Positions 42,200-55,219 of a stretch of 64,000 bases of DNA are shown here, one piece after another. Both the position numbers and the translations under genes were made by a program. The stretch is from NCBI RefSeq assembly GCF_009914755.1, contig NC_060934.1. One strand, 5' to 3'. The DNA comes from the human T2T-CHM13v2.0 reference genome, Homo sapiens. Below the pieces are notes generated by a model, which saw only the letters and a program-made list of their open reading frames with translations, searched no databases and had not been told where the DNA came from. How positions within the stretch are numbered: position 1 is the first letter of the stretch; every line of letters begins with the position of its first letter.

Positions 42200-42578
42200 G
42201 TCTTCTTTTCTTTTTCTATCACTTCTTGATTTCCCCCAATTCTCCCTGTCCCCTTCCTCTCCCAGAATCTCCTCTGCTCTCTCAGTTTTTCTCACTCTGC
42301 TTCCCTCTCCCTCTTTTCCTATGTGTCTAGCTGTCAGGCTCAATGCCTCTGTCTTTGTCTCTGTCTTCCTCTCCGAATCACGATTTCTCTGTATCTCTCT
42401 CTCTGCCTCCCTCTCTCCGTGCCTCTCTGTCTCTGTCTCTCTCATCTCTCTCTCCCTCCACCTCTGTCTCTGTCTGCATGGTATGTGGTGTCAGGGCTTC
42501 CCCTCTGTGTACGTTGCTCAGGACTTTGTCTTTATGTGTCTGTCTCTGTCTCTCTCTTACCCCCCACATCGGGTGTGA

Positions 42579-42613
<35 letters not shown>

Positions 42614-42626
42614 ATGCATGTGTGTA
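42200..42626 (+). repeat. CT-rich low-complexity tract followed by a (TG)n microsatellite
   Basis: Direct inspection; (TG)n at about 42585-42612. Confidence 0.85.
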
Positions 42627-44009
42627 GTTCACCTTCCCCATCTTGCCCATTTCTCCCTCCTACCTACAGTTCCTGCTCCCATCTCTCAGCCCAGCCCACT
42701 TTCAGAACAGCCCTCCATGGTGCAGGAGGCCCGGACAGGCAGCCTGGTGAATGAGCTGCCCCACTTTGCCCTCCAGTGTGTGTTTTTGTTCACCCACGGG
42801 TGTTTGTTTACCTCTCACTTGGTGTTGCCTATGCAGCTGAGAGCTCACTTTCGTGTTTATTACCTCGTTTGCTCTTGACAGAGACTCTGTGAAGGAGGCA
42901 GAGTGGGGAAAGGCAAGAGCTATTACTTCTATCTGGATGCATGAAGAAAGAGAGGCTCAGAGAGCTCAAGAGCTCATCTAAGGTCACACAGCTGTCAGGG
43001 CCATCTTCCCGACAGGAGCATCAGCAAGTATTGATTGGGGCATCTGTGCACTGTGTGTTCCAGCCTCACACAGTGCCCGGCACTGCTCAGCCACCAACTT
43101 ATGTGGCTACAATGAGCTCCCTGAACCCTGAACTTTTCTGGGCTTGCTCTGACCCAGATTTTTCCAGATCAGCCAAGCTGACTCCAGGAGGGGCAGCACC
43201 GCAGTCCTAGGCTGTGCCGGTAACCTGAGGCCTGGTGATTTCTGGAAGTGAGTCTCTCGGGACCGTAGCCTGGCCCTGTGGAATGGCGAGCGGCAGGAGG
43301 TCCCAGGCAGTGCTGATGAGTGCCCCAAGCCCTCTGCACAAAGCAGCCCACAACGGAGTGCAACGGGGATCCTTTGTCCTAGGCCTGGAGTGCAGCCAGC
43401 TGCCCTGCAGCCTGGGAGGGATCTGCACAGTCACTGGGGAGGTGGTGCTTCCGAGCACGGAGGTGCACCTGCTGAGTAGTTCCTCGGGCATCACAGCCAC
43501 CTCCAACACCTCATGTCCCGCCCAAGCTCAGCATCTCCTTCTGCCACCCACTTCTGACCTGCTTTCCCTCCTAGATGCCTCTTGGGAAACAGAGACCACC
43601 ACCACCCATCAGCACCCCTGCCAGCAACCTGGAGTCATCAGTGGCTTTCAAAACACCTTTACCCCTAAGCCAGGTTCTGGACCAAGTCCCAGGAAAGCCA
43701 CCTCCAATGGGCCTTACTTTCTGAGCATCCTGACATCAGTGAGCTTGCTCTCCTGCCTCTGTTCTCATGCTCACCAAGTGACTATCTAATTATAATTTGA
43801 ACTTCCTTTTAGAATCGTCTCCCAGAAGAGAATCCTCTGAGTAGGGTGATGAGGCTATTCTACTCAACATAGCTCTTGTCATTCTCTTTGTAAATGTACT
43901 ATTTGGTATGATTTACTAAAAAATAAAATAGACTATAATAATATGTCCAAACTTGATGGAGAAATCTGAGGACAGTCACTTAACAACAACAACAAAGCAT
44001 GATGATGGC

Positions 44010-44225
44010 CAAGAAAAAACAGGTGTGTATGACTATATAGCCTTCAAACTCCGAGAAGGCTATGATGAAAGAAGAGGTATGTTCATTTTTGCAGCCTTAA
44101 GACTCACATGTAGACAGATTTAAACAGAAGTATTACCTTTCTAAACAGCAGGTAGTGAGCTGCCTGTCACTGGAGGCATGCAAAGTGCAACTGCAAATCT
44201 TGGCAGGAGTACTGCAGAGAGGTGT
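44010..44225 (+). mobile_element. L3/CR1 LINE 3' fragment
   Basis: ggtagtgagctgcctgtcactggaggcatgcaaag...cttggcaggagtactgcagagagg resembles the CR1/L3 3' end. Confidence 0.6.
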
Positions 44226-44649
44226 CACTCCTGAGCCTTCCCTCTTTTTTCCACTGTTAACACATTCACTCAATCACAAAGCTTCAATGACTCTTAAATC
44301 TACCTGTCCCCTTCCCTCCACACAGCCACCATCCTGGGCCAACTCTGCATCCCCTCCTGCCTGTTGACAACAGCATTTCTGAGATGCGCCCCGGCATCCA
44401 GCCTTGCTCCCTTCTCCTCACTGCTTCCCACACAGAAGACAGAATGATGCTCAGGAAGCAGGAATAAGTTCACTCTGCTCACCTAACACAAACCCTTACC
44501 AGGCTTCCACAGCCCCCAGGTAGAATCTCACCTCCATAGTGTGGCTACCAAGACTCATCTTCCCCCATCTTGACCCCCAGTCCAGGGTATCTTCACCACC
44601 CACACCCCCACACATGATGCCCAGCCAGGGGGGAATGCCTGCTACTGCC

Positions 44650-44770
44650 ACTTCTCCTTCTCCTGCTTCTCTCCTCCTCCTCCTTCTCCTCCTTCTTCTC
44701 CTTCTCCTTCTTTTTCTCCCTCCTCCTCTTCCTCTTTCTTCTCCTCCTCCTCTCCACTTTCTCTCTCTCT
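44650..44770 (+). repeat. (CCT/CTT)n polypyrimidine tract within an L2 fragment
   Basis: Direct inspection. Confidence 0.85.
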
Positions 44771-45764
44771 GCCCACCCCTGCCCCAACTCTCTGGCCTTG
44801 CAGGCCCTGCCCTTTTGGCCTGGGACACTATCTCCCTGCCATGTTTGCCTGGCTGACTCTTATTTGTCCATCCCATTCAAGCTCCCACCTCCCTGTCAGA
44901 AAGCCCTCCCGGGCACCCCATGCACATCCAGCCCAGGGAGGCTCCTGCCCACAGCCCATCTCATGCTGCATCATGTGTGGCTAGTGCCTTCCCCTAGAGA
45001 ATAAGAACCAGAGGTCAGAGACAGTGACGGCTTCAACACAGCAGGCCCCCTAGCCACAATGGATGGGATCAGGAAAGGCTGGTTGAAGGCAGAAAATAGG
45101 GAAGAAGGCTGCTCCATGCAGGAGGGGACACAAGCCGAGGTGCTGGCTGCCCTTGGGGTCCTGCCTGACCTAGCTTTCTAGGGCTCAGTTCTGGCCATGA
45201 GGAGCGAGAGGAGAGCGTATCAGACAAGGCTGGGGCCCCCCAGATACATTTCTGCTCTGTTATTTGCACTGCTGGCTTCCCAGAGAGCACAACCCCACCA
45301 TGTGCCAGAGGCCAGGCCAGGAGTGGAGCAAGCAGGGACCGGCAGCCGTGGGCCCCGCAGGCCGCAGTGCTCCTGCGGCTTCTCATGCCAGCTCAAGGCA
45401 CAGTCCCCACACACCGAGCTGCTCCTGAGCATCAAGGCCTCTCTGTGCCATTTGGAATTCATTGCAGCAAGAGCTGCACTGAGCACCAGATCTGGCTAAC
45501 AACAGTGCAGAATTTTCAGGGTGTCACGTGGATTCTCTATCTGGTTCCTGGGAACCAAGGACACAGGAATGGTTCTCCTTCCTCTCCTTGTGCTGTCAGA
45601 GACAGCCATGCAGGACTGAGAGGAACGGAAAAGTGGGACAGGCAGGCCCCCAGACCATAGCTCCCCACCTGGGCCCCAGGCCCTGAGCCTGGCAGCAGGA
45701 GAAAAATAAAAGCCAGTCCTCTCTCCTCAGCCCCAGTGCACTCCGGTATATCTACCTCCACTAG

Positions 45765-45985
45765 TTAATGCTTACAATGCGCCAGAACCCGTTTGAAGCA
45801 TTTTATATACATCATATATTCAATCCTCACAGCAACCCTGAGCGGTGGGCACTAGTGTTGGCTTTGTCTGACAGAGGCGAAAGCTGAGGCATGGAGAGAC
45901 TTGGAAACTGACCCAGAGTCCCACAGATATACATATAGGTCCAGGGTTCAAACACCGCTTCCGGAATATCCCCTGAGCACCATAG
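45765..45985 (-). mobile_element. MIR SINE
   Basis: ttcaatcctcacagcaaccctg...acagaggcgaaagctgaggcatggagag. Confidence 0.8.
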
Positions 45986-48900
45986 CCAGACATAAAGGCT
46001 GCAACCAATGTTGTCCTTCAAACTGGGGCAATGAGTTGCATTTGTGCCATAGCAGGGAACAGCTTTTTCTGCTGCTCCACTGTGGGATCATCACCTTCCC
46101 AGGTGCTGAGAAACTGAGAAAAATATTTCAGACATGGGTGGTTGAAGTCAACAACAGCCCAGTAGCTGTCACGGAAATCATTCGGGGGCCCTCGTTTTTC
46201 AGGATTAGAAGGAGACTGTCAGAGTGACAAGGGAAGAAGGCAGTGGGTCTGTGCCTAGTCTTAGCTCTGTCACTCAGGTTCACAGCCCACCGAGCCTCAG
46301 TTTCTTCCCTTGGAAAATGGAAGGATAAATCAGCCCCACAGTGGAAAAAGAGAGGATTAAGAGAGAAGGAGAAAGATTTCTTTTTAAGCATAAAAAGGAC
46401 TTGGCCCAGGGCCTGACACACGTAGTAGGCCTTCAGTAATGCAGCTTAGGTCTGGATATAAAAGCTAAGCAAACATACCCCCAAGGAGAACTGGGGGCTT
46501 CAGAGCTGACAAGAGAAGCTGACAGGCCAGCCAGAGGGAAAGGGCAACTCGGGAACCATAGAAAATGTGTACGCCTTGCAAGGGGAGGGGACAAGCCCTC
46601 GAGGGACAAAGGCCAGTGTGGCTGTGAGCCCACAGGTCCCCTCTTGGCTCTAAGCCACCTTCGAAGGGTCTTACGAGAGCCCATTCAGCCAGGCAGTTTT
46701 ATCTTGTGGCAGCTGAGGGAAGGGGCTCCAGCTCCATTATCCTCCACCCTACTCTGGAGTTACAAAGAAAATACAATTTATCTGGATTGTAAATCAAGGG
46801 CTGGGGACCAGGGAAAGGAGCAGCCTGAATCACAATTCCCAAGGAACGTTTTACAAAATCTGCAGAGAGAAAGTCATTTTCTGCAGCCATGGACGGCCAG
46901 CTTACAGAAGGAGGAGGCATCCAGAGCTGAAAGTGACTGTTGCAAATATAAAATGCCACCCAATATTGAGCAAATGAGGAAACTGGGACCACAGAGTGGA
47001 GAAGGGCCTTGCCAGGGTCCCTCAGTGACATGGTGGCAGAGCTGGACCTAAGTCTGAGGCTCCAAGTTCAGTGCTGCTTCCTCTCACCTGTGCCAGGCAG
47101 AAATAAACTCAAGGGTGAGAACCCTACAGCATAGCTCAAGAAGTGAGACTGTGGACTGAGGGAATCCCAGTGCTCCCTTCCCTAAGCTAGGAGCCATGGG
47201 CCCAAGAAGAAGGAGAGGTATCCAGACAGTCCCCTGAGCCCCTGAGGAATAAAAGCCATCAACACCTTAAGATTTGCTGGGCATTAGGAGACTGTGCTCA
47301 GTGGCAGAGAAATAAAGTGGACATCAAACCCCTGGTTCAAACCCTGCTTCCACCCCTGCCATGAATAGGGGTGAGCCTAGAGCTTACCAATCCAAGCCTC
47401 AGTTTCCACATCTGGTAAAGGGCGAGGAGGCTTTTTTGCCTTGGAAAGTTACTGGGAAGCTTCATGAGATAATTTGCACCAAAGTGCATCCGTGCCTGGC
47501 ACCTAGTGGATTCTCAGCCCGTGCTTGGGGAATACAACAGATCCCTAGTCAATGGTTGTGAAATGCCAAGTAGAGACTGGAAAATTCTACTGGGTGCTTG
47601 AGCAGAGTGTGGTGTCTGGGCCTGGCATCTGCCAAGGCCTGAGTGGGCTCTTTCTCCTGAAGGCCCACATGTGCCAGGGATGGATGTGACCACTCCAAGA
47701 AGAAAGAACAGGGCATTGGAGGGCAGTGAAACAGGAGGTAGGACACAGTCACCTGTCTAGCTCCACCACTCATCCAGTGTGCCCACCTGGGAGAGTTGCT
47801 TCCCCACTCTGGGATCACATTTCCCCTTTGCAAAATTAGATCTTTTTCTTTCATCCTTTTAAAGTGCCATGGGTGCCCTCACATCACTGCTTCTTCCTGA
47901 GCCTCAGTTTCCTCCTCTGTGAGATGGGGATGGCATGGCCTTCCACTCGGTGCAGTTCTGGTCCCAGCATGCTGTCGATTTGCTGGGGGACCATGGCACT
48001 GGCAGCATGTGTCTTATTAGAGGTCCCTTTCTTTCTAGATGCCATTCTTAAAGATTTCCTCAAAGGTACAGGCAGAGATGTGAGTCAAGCAAGATGAGCC
48101 TGCAAAGGAACCAAGGCATCCTCAAGCCACTAGACCCCAGTCATTGAGAGACCATGGCTTTGCAGCCCTGCTCCCCCGGGGCTCCTGATGCCAGTGGGGC
48201 AGGCAGAGCATGACACGGTGTGACCAGTGCCGTGAGGACAGAGACGATGCAACATGGGGAGCACAAAGGGTGAGCAGACATTGCCTGTGAGTCCTGCCCG
48301 GGGGTCAGGAAGGCCCGCCCAAGTCCCCACTGCCACCTCAAGGCCTTAGTGCCGGGCAGTCAATGCCAGCCCACACCCTTCCTGAATGCCAGACCTGTCC
48401 TCTCACTCCTAGTGGGCATCTCCTTCCACTGGTGCATGGGCACCTCCAGCCTGGCTCATCCTCTTACCATCTGATCCCAACCTGTCTCTCTACCTTCTCC
48501 ACCTCAGTGGTGACTCTACCACCCACACATCCAGAAACTTGGCTTCCCCCTTGTCTTAAACCACTCCTCACTGAACTGGCCTCTAATTGGGGTCCACCCA
48601 TTTTCCTAAATTCTCTTTATCCCTCCTTCTTCATGCCCACCTAAACCCTCATTTAGGCCTCCTCATACACTGGCCTCTTTCCTCCCTAGACTGGGGATTC
48701 CTTGAGAGAGGGCACTTTCTCTCTCAGCAGCACATCCCAAAGCCCAGTATATTGGGGCCTGGTAGGTGCTGCTTAAATTTTTCTTAAATAGAATAGATTA
48801 GGAAGTCTTCATAATGGAGGAGACATCTGGGGGGTGTCTGCAAGCCTGAGTAGAAGTTAATCCAGTGGACCCAGAGGAATGGAGTGTGGAAATGACGCCC

Positions 48901-50239
48901 CTGCTTCGTTCCACAGGGACAGAAACCAGTGGGTCAGAGCCTGGGAGGTGTGGCAGAATGAGAAAGTGGTGAGGCCAGGGCAGGGCATGCTGGAGAGGCA
49001 CTGGGGCCAGATCCTAAAGGGCCTTCAATGCCACACTAAAGAATGTGGTTTGAGGGAGGCTGACTTTATTTACTTTTCTTCTAGATTTGTCTTTTGGGCA
49101 AGGAGCACTCTGACGGCACTTGAGGAAGACAAATCGTGAGACCAGCCCAACACTTGGCTCTGAAAACCTTGCCCCGGCCTCTCATGAGATCAGATTTCCC
49201 TGCTTTGGGCCAAACTCTTTAAAGCACTTTGGCATCGGGTGAAAGATTGTCAAGGCCAAAGGGCTGGCAGGGGCATGTTGGACGGTGTCCAGGGTCATGC
49301 TGGTCCTCTGCTCAGCTCCTGCTCTTATGCCCTAACCTGGTGGCTCCTTTGGAGCAAGGATACGGAGCAGAGGTGGCCAACCTGGGTAAAGGGTGAGTTG
49401 GGGACCAAGGGGACCACCCTGCAGAAGACATCTGTTGTTACAGCTGTGGGTTGGGGGCCACAGCAGTGGGAATGCTCCATTGTTGAGGATGTTTGAAACG
49501 TGCCCCTGCGGGAGCAGGCTTCACATGCTGGGACCCCACCTCCAGGATGTCATGGCAGCCCCCACCCATCCTGCTTCTTGGAGGATGGAACTCCTTCTGG
49601 ATGCTCAGTAGCCAGGGATTCTCCATTGAATCACTTGGAATGGGAGCACATGCAAATTGTGAAAAGACATCCGGGCCATGCTAGTGGCCTCAGCATCACT
49701 TTTTCTCCTCCTTTCTCCTCCACCACTGCAGCTGGACTTACCTGCAGCACACACACATAGCAGGGGCCTCCCCTGAGGTCTTGGGCCCACAGTTGCTGCA
49801 CACTATATATAGTCTTTTATTTGAAAATTATTTGAGTTATTCATTAATGTATACTCGTACTCCTCCTTGAAGGTACAGTGACGGCACCATCTCTCCCAGG
49901 AATTCTCCCTGGATTCCCCCAGGCTGTGGGGTGCCCCTTCTCTGTGCACTATCCACCCCTGCTCCCGCTCCTCACTTCCCTCTATCAAAGCAGCAGCCTC
50001 TGCTTTGAAAGAACAGAATGGCAGCGCTGGCTGTGCCCTCACTAGACTGAGTTTCTTCAAAATGTGCCTCATTCATGGGAGTGCCCTAAGCCTGGGACCA
50101 GCCAGGGGCTCAGTCATGTTCACAAGCCCAGCCGAAGGAGGGTGGGAAGGGTGGTCAGGAGAAGAGAAGCAAGCAGAGGGGTAGGGGGTGACTGCATCAA
50201 CCAAGGCTTGCATGGAGAAGAGGGTCCAGGTCGGGGATA

Positions 50240-50412
50240 CTCACACTTGCTCACACATCAGAACACCTGGAGGTGCATCCAAGCTCAAAGAGCTGGGCCC
50301 ACCCCATGCTCCTGATTCAACAGGTCTGTGCTGGGGCCCAGGGACAGGCATCCCCAAATGGTGCTGGGTGATGCTGATGCTGCTGGTCCTGGGACCACAC
50401 CTTGAAACCCCA
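50240..50412 (-). mobile_element. MER5A MITE
   Basis: catcagaacacctggag...gctgggccccacccc...gatgctgatgctgctggtcctgggaccacac. Confidence 0.8.
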
Positions 50413-50974
50413 TCTGGTCTGAATGACGGTGAAGCCAAGAGTAGGAGGAGGATGAAGAAACTAGGACGAGAAGAGGGCTGGAGCCATGCTGTGCAGGGCA
50501 TTCAATGGTGGCTCAGAGGAGTCACAGCCACTAGGAGGGACAGTGTCCAAAGGCTGGGAGACGGAGACACCGGCAGCCCCAGGTGTGAGCCCCCACCCTG
50601 CCCTGACTCTCTTCCCCACATCAGCCAGCTCCTTCCCAGGGCACCGAAGTCCCCTCCTGTGTGAAAGGCACACAATCTCCATGCCCAGCCCACCTCCTCG
50701 AGAGGCAGGTGTGCCTCGCAGGGAGAACGGCCACGAGAGGGTTTTGCAGGCTGGAAGGCCCTCAGCAGATGTGTGAGAGTGATTATTATAATCTCCCCTC
50801 CCCCAGATGGCATGGTCCGGGTTGCCCCCTCCTCCGCCTGCCAGGCCCCTCTCAGCGGTCCCCGGGGACATGAAGGGCCCAGCTGCCTCCTGGGAGGCCC
50901 AAGCCCAACCTCAGCATGGGCTCAGCCTCCAGCCCACAGGGCCTTTCTTCAGGTGCAAGGACCCAAGTAGCTGT

Positions 50975-51400
50975 CAGCGGGCAGCTCCTCGGCGGGGCAC
51001 CTCGGGCGGGCGGGAGGCAGTGGTGGGGGTGGCGCAGTGCAACCAGGGAACAAAGGCCGGCTGGGAGTTGGCAGGGCGCCATCAGGGTTCAATGCACAAT
51101 GGCCCGGGGGGCTGGCGGCTTCGCTCCTGGCCGGCATTTGCATAATGTCTGGGGCAGGAACAGGTGCCCGGTCAATAGGCGATTGTGAGACTGTTCTGTC
51201 AAAAGAGAAGGGGCCTGTATTGAAGGCCAGGCTCGCCTATTGCAATGCAAATAGCATTCAAAGCAGACCAGCCCAGCCTGGACTCCCGGGAGCTCAAGCT
51301 TCATGAAAGCCACCGAGCCGGCCCGGCTGCTGCCGCTGCTGGTGCCCGCTTTGTCTGAGGCCAAAGGGTGGCATCAGCAGCGGGGGCTGGGAGCCGTAGC
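50975..51400. promoter_or_regulatory. Candidate CpG-retaining SOX/POU enhancer
   Basis: Two perfect octamers (51136, 51245), several SOX cores, GC boxes and locally high CpG. Confidence 0.5.
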
Positions 51401-51514
51401 AGGGAGTGAGCAGACTGGTCCACCCATCCAGGAGGGCTTCCTGGAAGAGGAGCTTTTGTTGTTGAACTTGGGCCAAAATATTAGAATGAAACTCTGCGGC
51501 TTCTCTGAAGAGAG

Positions 51515-51558
51515 CCCCAGACTAAAGGGGTTACCCCAGACTAAAGGGGTTACCCCAG
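51515..51558 (+). repeat. Perfect 19-bp tandem duplication (CCCCAGACTAAAGGGGTTA x2.3)
   Basis: Direct inspection. Confidence 0.95.
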
Positions 51559-51729
51559 CTGGGTATGCCACAGCGAAATCTGCAAGGGCCTTGCAAGCGC
51601 CTTGCCAAGTCGCTCCCCACTTCTCTTTGCATGGCTCCAAGCCCTAGGATTCTGGCTCCTTTCTCAGGGTACATAGTGAGTACTGCGTGCTCACAAAAGA
51701 CCAATGCCGCTCTAGTTGCTCCCTGTGGA

Positions 51730-51900
51730 TGAACTCATTCAATCCTCACAGCAACCCTGTGAAGTAGGGTGTATCTGTGTTCTCATTTAACAGATGAGGA
51801 AACAGAGGCACAGAGAGGTCAAAGGTTGCACAGCTAACATGAGGCAAAGCCGGAGACTGAACCCAGGCAGTCTGGTTCCAGAAACCATACTCAGCCACCA
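51730..51900 (-). mobile_element. MIR SINE
   Basis: acagatgaggaaacagaggcacagagaggtcaa...gaacccaggcagtctggttccaga. Confidence 0.9.
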
Positions 51901-53526
51901 TGCCCGGGCTGCCAATGTGTTCCCTTGCTGCTTCACGAAGGAACTCAAGTCCAGAGGGCAGCAGCTCCTCCTAGCTGGACCAGAATCCAGCTTCCTGGCT
52001 TCCTGCCCTTCCTGGCTCCTACCTCAACAGCTGAGAGTACATCAAAGAGGGAAGGTCTGACGTCCACCTCAGGGATGGGCACACGGAGGTGGCACTGGGT
52101 GATAATACTGAGATTACATTTTTTTCCAACACCGAAGACAAGGAAACACCCTTTACCTCACAGAACTATTCCAAATTGTAGGGACTTTTGCTTGGCAGGT
52201 TGTGTGGGTTCACTGGAAAAGCAAGGCCCTCCGAAGCTGGGTTCAGGTCCTTGCTCTATCACTTACAAACCAGATGACCTCAGACAACTGACTTCTGTTC
52301 TCCAGCTCTCAGGTTCCTCATCTGTGAAATGGTTGGTTGTGATAATTTGCATTCCACGGATGTGGGAAATACAGCTCCTTAAAGTGGTTCTCAGTGGTAT
52401 CTGTTCCCTTCCCCACACCGGACTCTCTTTGGAAGTGAGAGCCTCAAAAATATTCCACCCCACCCAGTTTCATGCTGAGATGAAGAAGCACAAGCATTTG
52501 TGTGGGTGTGAATTTATTAAGTCGCTTGCTTGCATTCCATTGACTTTGCAAGATTTTTTTTTTAATTTCTTGAAAATTTTCAGGGAACTCCCCAGGGGAG
52601 GCCATTATCCACCACACAATGCTTGTGATGCCTGAATCGGATAAGAGGAAACTCCCTACTGTAATGGGACAGGTTGAGGGACTCTCCAAGCTCTTCACCG
52701 GAACCTGGAACCCTGGGCTCCTCTCACCCAAGCAATCAGAAAACATCAGCGCTCACCCCCTCATCAGTGCACAAGAGCTCTCTTCTCCCAGCCACTCTGA
52801 TAGATCACCAGTGGCTGCCTGCAGGCTGTGTTGAGCAGGGTTCTGGAGTCACATCCCGGCACATTGGGAAAAAATGTCATGGTCCTCCAATGATGCCCGC
52901 TGGATGCAATGGAGGCAGTGACTTCCATTACACATTTGTCAGCCTCAATCTAGTGGTGGGGAAATCAAACCCAGAGAAGTGAATTGGTGTTCCCAAAATC
53001 ACAGGGTGACAATCTCAAAGGTAGAAATATCTATTATTTTTCAAAAAACAAAGTATTTCCTGAATGTTTTATAATGAACCTGTGTTACTTTCGGAATTTA
53101 AAAAAATAAGGTATTTTCAGTTAAAGAAGTTTTAAACACATCGAAATGACCCTACTATTACCATAAGGAAAAGGGAGGTAGAAGATGTTCGGGGCAAAGC
53201 CATGGTGTTCAGGGTGGGATTTATTCAGGGCAGGGATGGCTATGTTTTGAGCAGTGTCAATGCATGCACTTGTACAGTGCTTTACAGTTTCCAAACTGCA
53301 TCTCACCCCCTTATCCAGTTGGTCCTCCCCAAAGCACTTTGGAAGCAGGAAACATAAGCATTATTTACTCCTACTTTGCATGTGAAAAAAAATAAGACTC
53401 AGAAAACATGTGAGTTACCCAAGGTCACAGGGTGAATGAGTGGTTGAACTGAGCTGTGACCCCTGGTGACAGGCTCTGGGAAAAGTTAGGAGGAGCCCGA
53501 GGGAGCTTAGAGGGAGCCTCAAGACC

Positions 53527-53559
53527 TTCCATTCCATTCCATTCCAATCCATTCCATTC
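53527..53559 (+). repeat. (ATTCC)n pentamer microsatellite
   Basis: ttccattccattccattccaatccattccattc. Confidence 0.85.
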
Positions 53560-55219
53560 TTAGCCAGCGAGAGTCACAGCATTTGCGGAGGCAGCTGACC
53601 TAGAAGTCAATCCTGCCATAGCCTGTCTGCGGGGACCTGCTGGCGCTGGGAGTGTGGGCCACCCCCAGAGGTAGATAGAGCATCCTCTGGTTCCCGGGCC
53701 CTCCCAACCCCCCTCTGCTGACCTCATCAGCTCCCTGCCACACAATGCACCCTTCTTCTCTTTGGCGCACCCCACCCCCAGCTCTTAATTAAACTAGCTG
53801 AAGGATACCCTTCACAACAGAGGCACCAGCAGGGCCTTGTTCCTGAGCTGACCATTATCCTGCCTTGGCTACCAGGACCCACCCTCCAGGAGGCTCCTGT
53901 GAAGCCCCAAGGCCCTGCGTCTGATAGGTCTGACACCTGGACACAAACAGTGAAAACATCAGCAACGTAACAAGAAGAACCCAGAAATCATAAGCCCTGT
54001 ATGGATTTTTTCATGAAAAATCAAATAAACCCATACTCATGGTGAGAAAAGGAAGTATGCTGTGGAAGAAAGACATGGAGTCCTAGCTAGGGTTTAACAC
54101 CTGATTCTACCATTGACAAACCAGGTGGCCTTTGGTGAATTGCTGCCTGTGCAACTCTCAGTTTTCACAGTTATAAAATGGGAGTCATAGAAAAATGCAC
54201 GTGAAGAAATGACAGGAAAATGCAAACCAAATGACCAGGAAATTGAGAAGGCTGGATGTAATTGGAGCCAAATGTATCACCCCTGGACCCCAGCAAGAGG
54301 AAACCTCCTGCTAACTCTTCCTGCTACAGCCGTTAGAAGTCTGCCAGTGATCTCTGATATGTGCTTAGAAGAGGAAAACAGGTCATAAGGAAGTTTGCTG
54401 CTTCTATTCCAATGAATAAATTTCGGAGATGTATGCAGTGACCCCAGCTCTCTTGGTGAAGGAGCAGGCAGAGGTTTGCAGTGAGTTGGTGGGAGCTGGC
54501 TGATATAATCAAATTTTATGGTTGCATCCATTGTCCTAATTGGCCATATACTTGAAGTTAAAGGGACACAACACTTGGCCACTGGATTCACAATTCTCAC
54601 AGACCTGTAAGCACATATAGGGCAGTGTGACTAAAAGGCCCCACATCACAGGGCTATATTCAGAGCTCAGGCTCAGGAGACAAGCAGACCTGAGTTGAAA
54701 TCCTGATATCCAAACTTTGAGAGCTTCAACCATTACATAACTTTTCTGAGCCTCAGTTTCCCCCTATGTAATAACTTTTACCTACCTATTAGAATTATTG
54801 AAGATGAAATGAGCAAATGTCAGTAAAGGCAAGGTGGAAAATCAAGCACATTCATAGTTCCCAAACCACTCCCCACACTGCTTCCAGGAGTTCTTCCTTA
54901 AATGTAGCCTGACCATGTCCAGTCCCTACTTAAAATCCCAATGGCCTCTCATTGCAATGAAATCCAAACTCTTTAACACGATACTTCCCCTGTATTTCTC
55001 ACCAACTACATTCTTACCAAGGCTCCCCCAAACTGTGCTCCAACTACACCCAGTCACGGGGTCGATGCTTTCCTCTGGGCACCATCCCTGCAGGTGCTTA
55101 CCCTCCCGCCCTGTAAGCCCTTCCCCCATTCCTCATCTGCTTAGTTCCCAGCCTCTGGCCCCAGCTAAAAGAGCCAAGGAAGGCTTTGCCTTTGATTCTC
55201 TCCTTTTTGAAACGTTAAT

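Noticed and set aside
44496-44876. Poly-Leu (signal-peptide-like) and poly-Arg ORFs
   Set aside because: Both come from the CCT/CTT low-complexity tract.
51303-51647. ORF starting MKATEPARLLPLLVPALSEA, resembling a signal peptide
   Set aside because: There is no recognisable domain or splice structure. The frame runs through a 19-bp duplication that is not a multiple of 3, and GC-rich DNA readily gives ORFs of this length.
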